A stretch of 64,000 bases of DNA, from assembly GCA_965243525.1 (NCBI GenBank), contig OZ251568.1, positions 370,389-434,388 on the forward strand. Reading direction: 5' to 3'. Positions 54,872 through 64,000 of this stretch are shown piece after piece. The position numbers and the translations under genes are program-made. The notes beneath the pieces were generated by a model that made no database searches, had not been told where the DNA came from, and saw nothing but the letters and a program-made list of their open reading frames with translations. The stretch's first letter is position 1. The number at the start of each line of letters is the position of its first letter. The DNA comes from Spirochaetia bacterium. GTDB taxonomy: Bacteria; Spirochaetota; Spirochaetia; WTKD01.

Positions 54872-55642
54872 ATGTTCTTCTTTGTATTGAAAAAATGGTT
54901 CTATGAGATATGGGATTCCATGCTGCGGGTTTTAATCCTCAATCTTGTCTTTCTCGTCATCGTTGCAGCATTCACCTATCTGCAGACAACGCTTGTCTTC
55001 GTTGGAAGTGCTGCTTTGCAAGGAATAACCATTTCGTTGGTGATCGTTGTGTTTTTTATCGTTATCACCTATTTCCTGTGGACATCAAACGCCTATCTCA
55101 CCGAACATAACTGGAAGAACTCGGTTTCAAAAAAGAAGTTTAAAACTATCCTGCAGTTAGGAATTAGACCAGGGTTGCTCTTTGGTGGCCTCACTATTTC
55201 CATCGTTCTGCTATCTTTTATATCCCTTCAATTCTATAGCTCGCTTGGAGGATTCCTTGGATCGCTCGTGAGTGGGCTTTTGTTGTTTGTGTTTTTTATC
55301 TATGCGTTGAGCGCACAGTATTTTCTTCCTATCCATATTGTACAGAACAATACCATCAGAAAATCGCTCAAAAAAGGTTTCTTGATTGCAATCGATAACC
55401 CGCTTTTTTCTATTTCCATCTTACTTGCGGCATTGCTTTTCTTGGGAATTTCTGTCTTCACTGCGTTTCTCTTTCCAGGGATCGCTGGTGTTGCCTATTT
55501 GTTCTGCTGTGCCACGAAGTTGCGCATTCTTAAATACGATGCTGATAATCCCCAAAAACCAAATTGGGCAGCACTCTTGGCAGAAGAACGCAAACGGACC
55601 GGGTCACGCTCTTTTATTAGTTTTATTTTTCCTTGGAAATAA
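54872..55642 (+). CDS. Polytopic membrane protein (DUF624/YesL-like)
   Basis: 256 aa with five to six hydrophobic helices. MFFFVLKKWFYEIWDSMLRVLILNL is the typical YesL-like start. Confidence 0.5.
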   Translation: MFFFVLKKWFYEIWDSMLRVLILNLVFLVIVAAFTYLQTTLVFVGSAALQGITISLVIVVFFIVITYFLWTSNAYLTEHNWKNSVSKKKFKTILQLGIRPGLLFGGLTISIVLLSFISLQFYSSLGGFLGSLVSGLLLFVFFIYALSAQYFLPIHIVQNNTIRKSLKKGFLIAIDNPLFSISILLAALLFLGISVFTAFLFPGIAGVAYLFCCATKLRILKYDADNPQKPNWAALLAEERKRTGSRSFISFIFPWK

Positions 55643-56345
55643 CCGCATTGCGCAAGTTTGCCGCACCAGAATGATGCTTCATTCCGATATGTTTTGCAAG
55701 GTATACAATGGGTGTATCGAGGAGCGAAACGCCTATCTTCAACACCATAATCACAACGGCGGATCCCAAAATCACCTCAAAGGAACGCTCCCCAAAAAAC
55801 GCAACCCCGACAAACACGAATGAATCGATGATCTGACTGACGATGGTGCTCGCATTGTTGCGAAGCCATAGGTAGCGAAGTTGCGGAAGACGGGATTTCA
55901 AAAGTGAATAGAGCCAAACATCGTGCATTTGTGAAATGCCATAGGCGAGCATGCTTGCAATGGTTATACGCGGAAAAAGCCGAAATAACTCCACCATTGT
56001 TGATTGAATTTGATCATTGCTGCTTGGTTCAAACAAGAGGGTCATTGTCATCACAAGGTTGGCTAATACAAGCACAATAAACCCAAACATAACCGATTGA
56101 TTGGCTACTTTTCTTCCATGGTTTTCCGTGAGAATATCGGTGGCCAAAAACGTAGTTGCATAGATCACATTTCCGAGGGTTGTCTCAATGCCAAATACAA
56201 CGATAAGTTTTTGCACCTGAATATTGGCAATAATCGCAACAAAAGCGATCCATCCAAAAAGTCCTGCTACGCCAAAATAGCGATAGAGTACGATGACCGC
56301 CGCAAAGAGGATGACTATCTCAGCGATCCAAAGGAGCTCATTCAT
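55623..56345 (-). CDS. yhhQ: Queuosine-precursor transporter (YhhQ/DUF165, VUT family)
   Basis: The ORF track starts at 56378. The ATG at 56345 (MNELLWIAE...) overlaps the upstream permease stop (ATGAATGA). It contains ...ASTIVSQIIDSFVFVGVAF..., the characteristic family block. Confidence 0.7.
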   Translation of the reverse strand: MNELLWIAEIVILFAAVIVLYRYFGVAGLFGWIAFVAIIANIQVQKLIVVFGIETTLGNVIYATTFLATDILTENHGRKVANQSVMFGFIVLVLANLVMTMTLLFEPSSNDQIQSTMVELFRLFPRITIASMLAYGISQMHDVWLYSLLKSRLPQLRYLWLRNNASTIVSQIIDSFVFVGVAFFGERSFEVILGSAVVIMVLKIGVSLLDTPIVYLAKHIGMKHHSGAANLRNAVISKEK

Positions 56346-57261
56346 CGAGCGGCACTCCCAAGGCTGATGGTGCAGCACTTCTCTTCACAAAGAGGATCAA
56401 TACAACAAGCGTTAACACATAAGGAATCATCGATAGAAGTTCGTTGTAGGTCGCTGGTATGACAGAGCCAAGAAAGACAACGATTCCCTGAGATATACCA
56501 AACATGAAACAGGCAAACATCGTTGGAATCGGTCGCCATTTTCCAAATATCATTGCGGCCAAGGCGATGAATCCCTGTCCGGAGATCAAAGGATGCCAAA
56601 AATGCGATACAATGGCTATGCTCAGCGAGGCTCCGCCGAATCCTGCCAATACGCCAGAAAGGGCAACCGCGCTATAGCGATAGAGAACGACGTTTATTCC
56701 AACGGTTCTTGCTGCTTGGGGTTTTTCCCCGACCGAACGCAGCCGTAGGCCTACGCGTGTGTAATAAAACACAAAATGGATGACAAATACAAGTCCGATT
56801 GCGATGAATACGGTTGCATATTGGTTGACGATCAGATCAAAAAAGGAGTTCTGTTCAAATAATTCGTTGAACGGACGAGGGATTTTTTTGTCGAGGTCAA
56901 GAATCTTGGTGTGGGTTGTTCCGCCAAAAAACAAACGGGCCAAAAACAAGGCCAAGCCTGGCCCAAGAAAATTGATTGCAATCCCTGATACGACGTTATC
57001 AGCGCGAAATGTGATACAGGCGACGGCGTGTAAAATTCCAAGGATTCCTCCTGCTATGCCTCCTACCAAGAAGCCCAACCAGGGGTTCTGCAAGTAAAAC
57101 CCTGCGGTCGCTGCAGCAAAGGCCCCAAAGGTCATCATGCCTTCAAGTCCGATGTTGACAACTCCTGAGTTCTCCGAAATTGCACCACCTAATGCAGTAT
57201 ACAACAAGGGTGTTGCATACATGAACATCGTTCCAATAATAAACCCAATATTAATCAACAT
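56338..57261 (-). CDS. ABC transporter permease (BMP/nucleoside family, NupQ-like)
   Basis: The ORF track starts at 57345. I prefer the Met at 57261 (MLINIGFIIGTMFMYATPLLYTALGG). It is a polytopic protein. Confidence 0.8.
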   Translation of the reverse strand: MLINIGFIIGTMFMYATPLLYTALGGAISENSGVVNIGLEGMMTFGAFAAATAGFYLQNPWLGFLVGGIAGGILGILHAVACITFRADNVVSGIAINFLGPGLALFLARLFFGGTTHTKILDLDKKIPRPFNELFEQNSFFDLIVNQYATVFIAIGLVFVIHFVFYYTRVGLRLRSVGEKPQAARTVGINVVLYRYSAVALSGVLAGFGGASLSIAIVSHFWHPLISGQGFIALAAMIFGKWRPIPTMFACFMFGISQGIVVFLGSVIPATYNELLSMIPYVLTLVVLILFVKRSAAPSALGVPLDE

Positions 57262-58381
57262 GCTTTTTTTCTCTATTCCTTCGTATTGCTTCAAGGATCT
57301 TCTTGAACAGGTATGGAATGGCAACAAAAAATACGATTGTACCAATCATAATACTGATAATTTCAGAAGGTGCACCAAGATCTCGTTGGATGCTCACCGC
57401 ACCGTATTTCAAACCGGCAAAAAAGAAACTGGATCCAAGTATCCCAATGGGATGCGAATTGCCGATCAAGGCAACCGCTATGCCGTCAAATCCAAATCCT
57501 TCCATCGTCGCAAGACGCGCAACCTCATGCGTAACGCCGAGCACATGGAGACTTCCACCAAGCCCCGCCAGGGCTCCTGAAATACCCATTGCAGTCAATT
57601 TGACGCGTTTAACGCCGATTCCTTGATATTCCGATGCCGATGCATTAAACCCTACGGCCTTGATTTCATACCCTAATGCTGTTCGTTTCATGAGAAAATG
57701 AATGACGATTGCTGCAATGATGGCGATGATCACTCCTGTCGAAATCGAAGCCTTCAAAAGATCAGCTAGCGCGGGATTTTCAACTTGAAACGGAATCCAT
57801 TGTTCGCCTGCTTTGAATTTTGCGAATATATCAATGCGGGCGGTGTCTAATACTTTATAACTTCCCTCGCTGTCTGGCCGTTTGATCGCTGGGAATTTCA
57901 AGACAAAGTTGTTCAAATACAGAGCAACCCAGTTGAGCAAAATAGTCGAGATAACTTCGTGAATGCCAAAACGTACTTTCAAGTATCCAGCGATGCTGCT
58001 CCAAGCCGCTCCTCCGATCATGCTACACAGCAAGACAAAAGGAATATGCAAAATCATTGGCAATCGTACGTGATAGCCAACTAAGGCTGCGACTAATGCC
58101 CCCACGATGAATTGTCCCTCAGCACCGATGTTGAAGAGTCCAGCGTGGTATGCAATTGCAACCGAAAGCCCCGTCAAAATAAGAGGAACCGAACGAACCA
58201 AAACCCATAATATATAGCGAGGCCGTCCGAAAATGCCTGCAAAAAGACTGCCCATCGCGTGCAGCGGATTGTATCCAGAGATAAGTAAGACAATGAGTCC
58301 AGCAATAAATCCAAGAACAATGGAACTCACCAATGTTATGATTTTCAACGTGTTTCGTTTGAGCATCGTCTGCATCTTCAT
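57251..58381 (-). CDS. ABC transporter permease (BMP/nucleoside family, NupP-like)
   Basis: 376 aa, polytopic. The start overlaps the ATPase stop (ATGA). Confidence 0.8.
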   Translation of the reverse strand: MKMQTMLKRNTLKIITLVSSIVLGFIAGLIVLLISGYNPLHAMGSLFAGIFGRPRYILWVLVRSVPLILTGLSVAIAYHAGLFNIGAEGQFIVGALVAALVGYHVRLPMILHIPFVLLCSMIGGAAWSSIAGYLKVRFGIHEVISTILLNWVALYLNNFVLKFPAIKRPDSEGSYKVLDTARIDIFAKFKAGEQWIPFQVENPALADLLKASISTGVIIAIIAAIVIHFLMKRTALGYEIKAVGFNASASEYQGIGVKRVKLTAMGISGALAGLGGSLHVLGVTHEVARLATMEGFGFDGIAVALIGNSHPIGILGSSFFFAGLKYGAVSIQRDLGAPSEIISIMIGTIVFFVAIPYLFKKILEAIRRNREKKHVD

Positions 58382-59888
58382 GAGCTAATACCTGCAAATC
58401 CTTGTCCGAGTTGTTCTCGTGTTATCTTTTCAGTGGGTTGTATATCAACGATTTTACCGCCGTAAATGATGGCAATGCGATCTGCAATCTGGTAAATTTC
58501 ATCCAGGTCAAAGGAAATCAACAAGATTGCCGCGCCTTTGTCTCGCTCGTGTATCAGCGATTCATGAACATACTGTGCAGCGCCAACATCAAGTCCACGC
58601 GTTGGATGAGCCGCAACAATAAAGGTTGGATCCCCTGCTAGTTCACGCGCAATGATAACCTTTTGCTGGTTGCCACCAGACATTTCGCCAGCGAGATGAT
58701 CAGGATCTGAAGGGTAGATGCTGAAGTTTTGGATCAGCTGTGCTGCAGTATCTCGGATCTTATCAAATTGCAAAAAAAGTCGTCGTGCATACCCACGGTA
58801 TGTACGTAATGCAATGTTGTTTGCAATAGAAAAATTGGCAATCAGACCATCTTTGTTGCGATCTTCAGGGATATTCACACATCCGGCCTTGTATTTCCGA
58901 CGGGGGGACAAATCTTGAATCCGGCCAATGCCATGCAAGGTGATCTCCCCTTCTTCAACGTGGCGAACTCCTGCAAGCGCTTCTATCAATTCGCGCTGCC
59001 CATTTCCATCAACTCCGGCCAAGGCAAGAATCTCACTCTTGTGGATATCCAGGGATATCCCCTTGACTGTTTCATAATCTCGATCATCGCGGATATGCAC
59101 TTTGTCGATTGAAACCTGCAGATCTCCTCGGTCCCTGCTTTTAGACACAGATGAAAAATCAACCTCATGTCCCACCATCATGTTTGCAAGTTCGTTGGAA
59201 CTTATGTCGTGCACATCTACTGTATCAACAACTTTTCCCCGAGAAATAACGGTGCATCGCTGCGCAAATGCAATGATCTCTTTCAATTTATGGGTAATGA
59301 TAATAATGCTCTTTCCCGAGGCAGCAAGTCGCTTGAGGATGGCACCAAATTCATCAATCTCTTGTGGGGACAGCACCGCAGTTGGCTCATCAAGGATTAA
59401 AATCTCTGCTCCCTGATACAAAATACGCAACAACTCAACACGTTGCTGCATCGCAACTGAAATGTCCCGAATTTGCCTGTCGGGATCCACTTCAAATCCG
59501 TATTCTTTGCTCAGCGCCAGCACTTTTTTTCGTGCAGTGTTATGCTGTAATACTCCAAAAAAATTGATTTCATTCCCAAGCATAATGTTATCGGTCACTG
59601 TGAAAGGCTGGACAAGCATGAAATGCTGGTGCACCATGCCAATCTTCAAACGCAACGCATCGGTTGGATTGGTGATTTTCACCTCTTCCCATAGACCTCA
59701 ATCGTGCCGCTGTCTGCATGCAACAAGCCATAGAGAACATTCATCAGGGTCGTTTTTCCAGCGCCATTTTCACCCAATAATGCGTGGATCTCACCCTTGC
59801 GCAGGGTAAAGTCCACAGCGTCATTCGCCAAAACAGTTGGGAATCGTTTTGTTATATTCGTTAATTTGATTGCTAGTTGTTTGTTCAT
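58378..59888 (-). pseudogene. Double-NBD ABC ATPase (NupO-like) interrupted by a frameshift at 59680-59684
   Basis: The N-terminal 69 aa (Walker A GENGAGKTT) end ...TIEVYGKR-TGA. The next frame continues (V)KITNPTDALRLKIGMVHQHFMLV, which is colinear with intact homologues. One extra G (AGGGTG instead of AGGTG) would restore a single ~504-aa ORF. Confidence 0.7.
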
Positions 59889-59949
59889 TGTACATGTGGA
59901 GAGATTTCTCTCTCCACTCGTTTACTTAATACCTAATACCTAGATGGTT

Positions 59950-60969
59950 TTAGTGCTTCGCTTTAAAGGTTTCAAAGCTTGCAGCATCATAGGGAACTTC
60001 GATCTCACCAGCGATTATTCTTTCAGAAATATCCTCAACCTCTGCGAGGATGTCTGCTGGCACATGGTAGTCTGATGTTGGAGCAATTCCGACTGCTTGG
60101 TCTTTCAGTCCAAGAATCAAGGCACCACCCTGTGGAAACTCACCGGTTGATTGCAGATCTCGTGCAACGACATAGATAGCATCACCGACACGCTTCATTG
60201 CAGATGTCAAAATGTGATCTGGTGCAAGAGCACGCTGATCACGGTCAACACCAATAGCCCATTTGTCCTGCTCACGCGCTGCCTCTATAACACCGTTGCC
60301 GACTGCGCCGGCTGCGTGAAAGACAATGTCTGCACCCTGTACATACATCTGGTTTGCAATACTCTTTCCTTTTGCTGCATCAACAAAGGAATCTGCATAC
60401 TGCCGAAGTACCGATACGTCCTTGTCCGCATAGTATGCCCCTGCGTGATAGCCATAATCGAACCCGTCGATAATCATGCCTTCAATACCACCAACAAAAC
60501 CAATGGTTCCCGTCTCGGTCATCTTTGCAGCGATGTATCCAACCTGAAATGATGGTTGCTCTGCCTTGAACAAGACCCCAATGATATTTGAAGGAGCATC
60601 AGGACCATATGCGAAATCTATGATGCCAAAATGCTGATCTGGATAGAGTTTTGCCATTTGCAAGACTGCATCAGCCATTTTGAATCCAATTCCCCAAATG
60701 AGGTCATTGCCTGCATCGATAAGATTTTGCAAGTGTGGTATATAATCTGCATCCTGTGCTGATTCAAGATAGCTAATCTGAATTCCAAAATCTTCTTTTG
60801 CTCTGAGAAGCCCTTCCCAGGCTGATTGGTTGAAGCTTTGATCATTCACTCCACCAACATCGGTAACCATAGCAACTTTAATTGCATCTCCAGAGACCTC
60901 TTCGGCTCCTCCAGCAAACGCGCCCATTGCTATACATAACAACAAAATACAAGTAAGAAATTTCTTCAT
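59950..60969 (-). CDS. BMP-family (PnrA/TmpC/NupN-like) substrate-binding lipoprotein
   Basis: 339 aa. The signal peptide has LLLC. Blocks VAMVTDVGGVNDQSFNQSAWEG and GFVGG are typical of the Bmp family. Confidence 0.85.
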   Translation of the reverse strand: MKKFLTCILLLCIAMGAFAGGAEEVSGDAIKVAMVTDVGGVNDQSFNQSAWEGLLRAKEDFGIQISYLESAQDADYIPHLQNLIDAGNDLIWGIGFKMADAVLQMAKLYPDQHFGIIDFAYGPDAPSNIIGVLFKAEQPSFQVGYIAAKMTETGTIGFVGGIEGMIIDGFDYGYHAGAYYADKDVSVLRQYADSFVDAAKGKSIANQMYVQGADIVFHAAGAVGNGVIEAAREQDKWAIGVDRDQRALAPDHILTSAMKRVGDAIYVVARDLQSTGEFPQGGALILGLKDQAVGIAPTSDYHVPADILAEVEDISERIIAGEIEVPYDAASFETFKAKH

Positions 60970-61029
60970 CCTGCCTCCTAACGGCTGTTTCTTATAAAAT
61001 ATCCTTAGCCTGTGATTTCGTCAACCACA

Positions 61030-62187
61030 TCAAACATTCTGCAGAATTTCTGGTGCCTCTCGCAGGGTGTTTTCATGAAACCGAGTATACAAATACTGAG
61101 TGTCTAAATTAAACCGGTGGACAATGGTTGAAAACAGTTCCTCGGAAAGGAGTTGTAATTCTATATAGAGGTATAGCAAAATCCGTTCCACCATCAACGG
61201 AACTGCCAATGCATGTATGAAAATGTCGTTGCCAGTATGATTTGTCTCTTTCAAAATCGAAGCATAGAGGGCACTGCTTTGGATATCCTCGCTAATGGCT
61301 GCAAATTCCGCAAACAATGCATCACAATCGCCCTGCGATGCGTGAATCGCCATCGGTTTGAGGTGCAGATAACAATACTGCATGCCCGGGAGATAATGGT
61401 GCTGCTCGCAGCGTGTTTCGTAATTAGGCAAATATGCAGTATCACTGAGTTTGTCTCCTCCTATGAGAATAAGCGGATCAAAATACATCGCCGGACATTC
61501 TTGCCCATCTATCATATAGAAGCGGTACGTGCAATGCGACGAAACCAGGCAATTTGGATGTTCACAATAGGCAGTAAGCAGGTATACATCAGTAGCACGC
61601 GAGATAAGCAATTCAGTGGTGGTGTTGAACAACTGGTTGCGGAAATTCAACAAGAGGGTTGGCAGAACAAAGTTTGCCTTGCTTGTTGCAATCGCATGCT
61701 CAATGACAAAGGCTAGTCTATCGTCATAAAAACCGGCCTCATCGATAATCCACGTGCCGATATGGTTATGCTCTGCTATTTTGCTTTCAATATCAAATGA
61801 ATTGGTAGTGATGCACAGTTCATCGCCCATTCGTTCGTATCCCCCACGAGAAACCAGAGCATCCGGAGGCACATCGGCAAAACGCAGAAGGTCCAGACTA
61901 GATCGGCAATACATCACATTGCGTCTGTCATAACTTCCTGATGAGGTTTGATTTGCAATACGTTTTGATTTTTTGCGAGCGATCTGTGAATCTTTCCAAA
62001 TTCTTCTCGCATATTCTGTTTTGCCACACCCCATCGGGCCAACGACAAGAATTGATTTTGAATGATCAACAAAATTAAAATGGTCAAAAAAATGATGAAC
62101 TTCCACATTCTTCTGATATAATATTTTCATTAAGGAATCGTGCATGGTTGCATAGTATGTTGTGAGAAAAGATACATCAAGATACAT
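61030..62187 (-). CDS. Thymidine-kinase-like protein with ~130-aa C-terminal and ~40-aa N-terminal extensions
   Basis: 385 aa. VVGPMGCGKT (P-loop), WIIDEAGFYDD (the TK IDEaQFf block), and CEHPNC...ILIGGDK...YETRCEQHH (zinc-ribbon/lasso region) are colinear with type II TK. The start is uncertain (62187, 62145 or 62130). Confidence 0.55.
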   Translation of the reverse strand: MYLDVSFLTTYYATMHDSLMKILYQKNVEVHHFFDHFNFVDHSKSILVVGPMGCGKTEYARRIWKDSQIARKKSKRIANQTSSGSYDRRNVMYCRSSLDLLRFADVPPDALVSRGGYERMGDELCITTNSFDIESKIAEHNHIGTWIIDEAGFYDDRLAFVIEHAIATSKANFVLPTLLLNFRNQLFNTTTELLISRATDVYLLTAYCEHPNCLVSSHCTYRFYMIDGQECPAMYFDPLILIGGDKLSDTAYLPNYETRCEQHHYLPGMQYCYLHLKPMAIHASQGDCDALFAEFAAISEDIQSSALYASILKETNHTGNDIFIHALAVPLMVERILLYLYIELQLLSEELFSTIVHRFNLDTQYLYTRFHENTLREAPEILQNV

Positions 62188-62230
62188 TTCTCTGTGAATT
62201 TTGCCGAAACTAAAACTATCTGGTACCGGG

Positions 62231-64000
62231 ATGAATTCTATTTCTCAACCACTAAAAAACGAAATCTTAAAACTGTTGTTCGCCTCAATATGGCAATCGA
62301 AAGAGGTTTCCATCACCTATCAGGGCTTTCTAACACTCGTACGCAGTTTTGCGCAACGATTTCACACCGAGCGCGCTGCATTGACGGTACTCCTGGGCGA
62401 CACCGAAAAGGTGCTCCAACCAATTATTAAGGAACTCACCGATGAAGGTCAATTTGCGGTTCGTGAAAACGCGCGCGGAGAAACCATCATGATTGAATAT
62501 CGAGGGTTTTATCTCACCGCGACCAATCATTGGTATAAGCGATTAGACAAGGATTTTGAGACCCCATTCGCCAATACACAGGTGTTAAAATTTGTCATCC
62601 CCAATGATATCCACGTTAAAGTTCCCATTGACGAGCTCCACGAACGATATGGCGAATTGCTTGGATATGAGAACCTCATTGTTCTTGAATTTCCCAGCAG
62701 CCTCAGTGAGGTAATCATTACTGCTGAAATACTCCGCAACAAATTATCTGAAATATGTCTGAAAAAAATCGAGCGCTACCTCAACCAGCAACGCTTGCTT
62801 TCTGAAATCGATGAAAAGGCAAATCTCGAACAGGATGAAATGCTCAGTGTGAAGAATTTGCTTGCCTCTATTACGGAATCTCCATCAGACGAAGTGCACC
62901 GCATCGAGTCTGGAAACGAAAATTCATACAAGCTGTGGACTGTCATTAATGCCATCCTCCAAGAGGAATTTGAATCCCCCAGCGCATCTTCAACTGCTGA
63001 ATATTATTATCAATCTATGCGCATACTCTATGAAATCGTTCTGGTATATCGCTCCATTCGTGCTGACAGTGAATTGCAGACGAAGAAGGAAGAATGCGTG
63101 TTTGCTGCATTGTCCACAGAACCCTATCTTTTTACGTTTGCGGGAGTAAAAAGCGCCTATGTACAAGTGATGGATGATATCGCACCAAGAATCGCTCTCT
63201 CAGATGCGGAACTTGAGCAGCTGCTTCAAGCATTTATAGCGAAAACCACGGAAAGCAACTATCCAGGAATCACGATGTTCGATGGGTTAAACGGCAATAT
63301 CTATTATGCGCTCACCCCCTATCTTGCAGAGGTATACGAATCCCAGTTGGGCAGTATGCGAACCACGTTCAGACAATACTATCACACCTGTTATGCAAAT
63401 TGGTTAAAGAACCGAACGACCTATCCCTTCATCGATAATGAGCGGAAACTTGAATACGATTTGGAAAACCGACTCCGCGATACATATCCTCAGCTGTATG
63501 CACTCTTGCATTTCGAAGCCGTCAGCAACTGCATCAAAGAGGCCCAACAATACCTCCCTTCTTTTTCACGTTCACCCCTAGAACAGACATTGCTGTCATG
63601 CATCGATCTAGAGGCCCACACACTGCAACCCTATTCTGTGATATGTGCCGTTGATCAAAAAGTAATGCTTGATTCTGCACGAAGAACTGTTCCAATATGG
63701 GCCGTTATTCCAGTTATAAACACGATCATCCGATTCTTCATCAATTTACTCAAGCAAATTGAAAAAATTCCCAAGGCAAACATTATAAACAAACCAAAAA
63801 CGGCAAAAAAATTGCAAGATGAAGCACAACCATCTGTATCTCAGCACCAGGCACAGAAAACTCTGAAACAACCAGATGAATCACCGGTGCATGAATCAGA
63901 AAGAGAACCTTCCGATCAAAACCAAGAGACGAAACGTTCCATTATCAAGGAACTGAGAGATTTTGCCGGCAGTGATTCTGATGCGCAAGCACAATTGCAG
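62231..64000 (+). CDS. Large uncharacterised protein; 3' end outside the window
   Basis: Not in the ORF track (no stop reached). Hand translation of frame 2 gives TGA at 62195-62197, then ATG at 62231 (MNSISQPLKNEILKLLFASIW...), open for 590 codons to 64000. One hydrophobic segment (VPIWAVIPVINTIIRFFINLL) is followed by a K/Q/E/S-rich tail. Confidence 0.5.
   Translation, partial: MNSISQPLKNEILKLLFASIWQSKEVSITYQGFLTLVRSFAQRFHTERAALTVLLGDTEKVLQPIIKELTDEGQFAVRENARGETIMIEYRGFYLTATNHWYKRLDKDFETPFANTQVLKFVIPNDIHVKVPIDELHERYGELLGYENLIVLEFPSSLSEVIITAEILRNKLSEICLKKIERYLNQQRLLSEIDEKANLEQDEMLSVKNLLASITESPSDEVHRIESGNENSYKLWTVINAILQEEFESPSASSTAEYYYQSMRILYEIVLVYRSIRADSELQTKKEECVFAALSTEPYLFTFAGVKSAYVQVMDDIAPRIALSDAELEQLLQAFIAKTTESNYPGITMFDGLNGNIYYALTPYLAEVYESQLGSMRTTFRQYYHTCYANWLKNRTTYPFIDNERKLEYDLENRLRDTYPQLYALLHFEAVSNCIKEAQQYLPSFSRSPLEQTLLSCIDLEAHTLQPYSVICAVDQKVMLDSARRTVPIWAVIPVINTIIRFFINLLKQIEKIPKANIINKPKTAKKLQDEAQPSVSQHQAQKTLKQPDESPVHESEREPSDQNQETKRSIIKELRDFAGSDSDAQAQLQ

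Overview
64-kb bacterial chromosomal window. I could run no homology search, so all family calls rest on motif and architecture recognition in the supplied translations and on my own reading of the DNA.

(1) 1 to ~17.1 kb is a prophage-derived element next to tRNA-Val(GAC) (18107-18180, minus). It contains:
- a divergent CI/LexA-type repressor (HTH + S24 peptidase);
- an early minus-strand operon: YqaJ-type exonuclease, Red-beta/RecT-like annealing protein, a wHTH replication-type protein and an SSB-like protein;
- a lysis cassette built around an M23 metallopeptidase plus four small membrane proteins;
- directly after it, a complete-looking Mu/P2/PBSX-type contractile tail and baseplate module that runs off the left edge: tail-completion-like protein, sheath, tube, chaperone with a -1 frameshift site, tape measure, GpU-like protein, hub-spike fusion, gp25-like, gpJ-like and a gpI-position gene.

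No terminase, portal, capsid or integrase gene is present anywhere in the window. The most interesting reading is therefore a head-less, SOS-inducible contractile-tail (R-type tailocin-like) locus, or else a head-deleted prophage. Two strong intrinsic terminators sit 10-15 nt upstream of the RBS of successive gene blocks, which implies antitermination-type control.

(2) ~18.2 to 64 kb is housekeeping DNA, mostly on the minus strand: lipoprotein, PpiD-like chaperone, lepA, HtrA-like protease, ftsH, tilS, pth, rplY, tRNA-Gln(UUG), rsfS, LCP protein, nadD, an Obg homologue, rpmA, prp, rplU, gltD, gltB, argS, VOC protein, secA, lipoprotein, LysM-M23 peptidase, class B PBP, Maf/DUF115-like protein, two hypotheticals, a YhhQ-type transporter, a BMP-family nucleoside ABC operon, a long thymidine-kinase-like protein, and a large uncharacterised protein running off the right edge. 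Two points stand out: every GTPase motif in the Obg homologue is degenerate, and the ABC operon's ATPase gene is frameshifted.

Gene content fits a spirochaete-type genome, but that is inference only. No rRNA, CRISPR array, transposase or integrase was seen.
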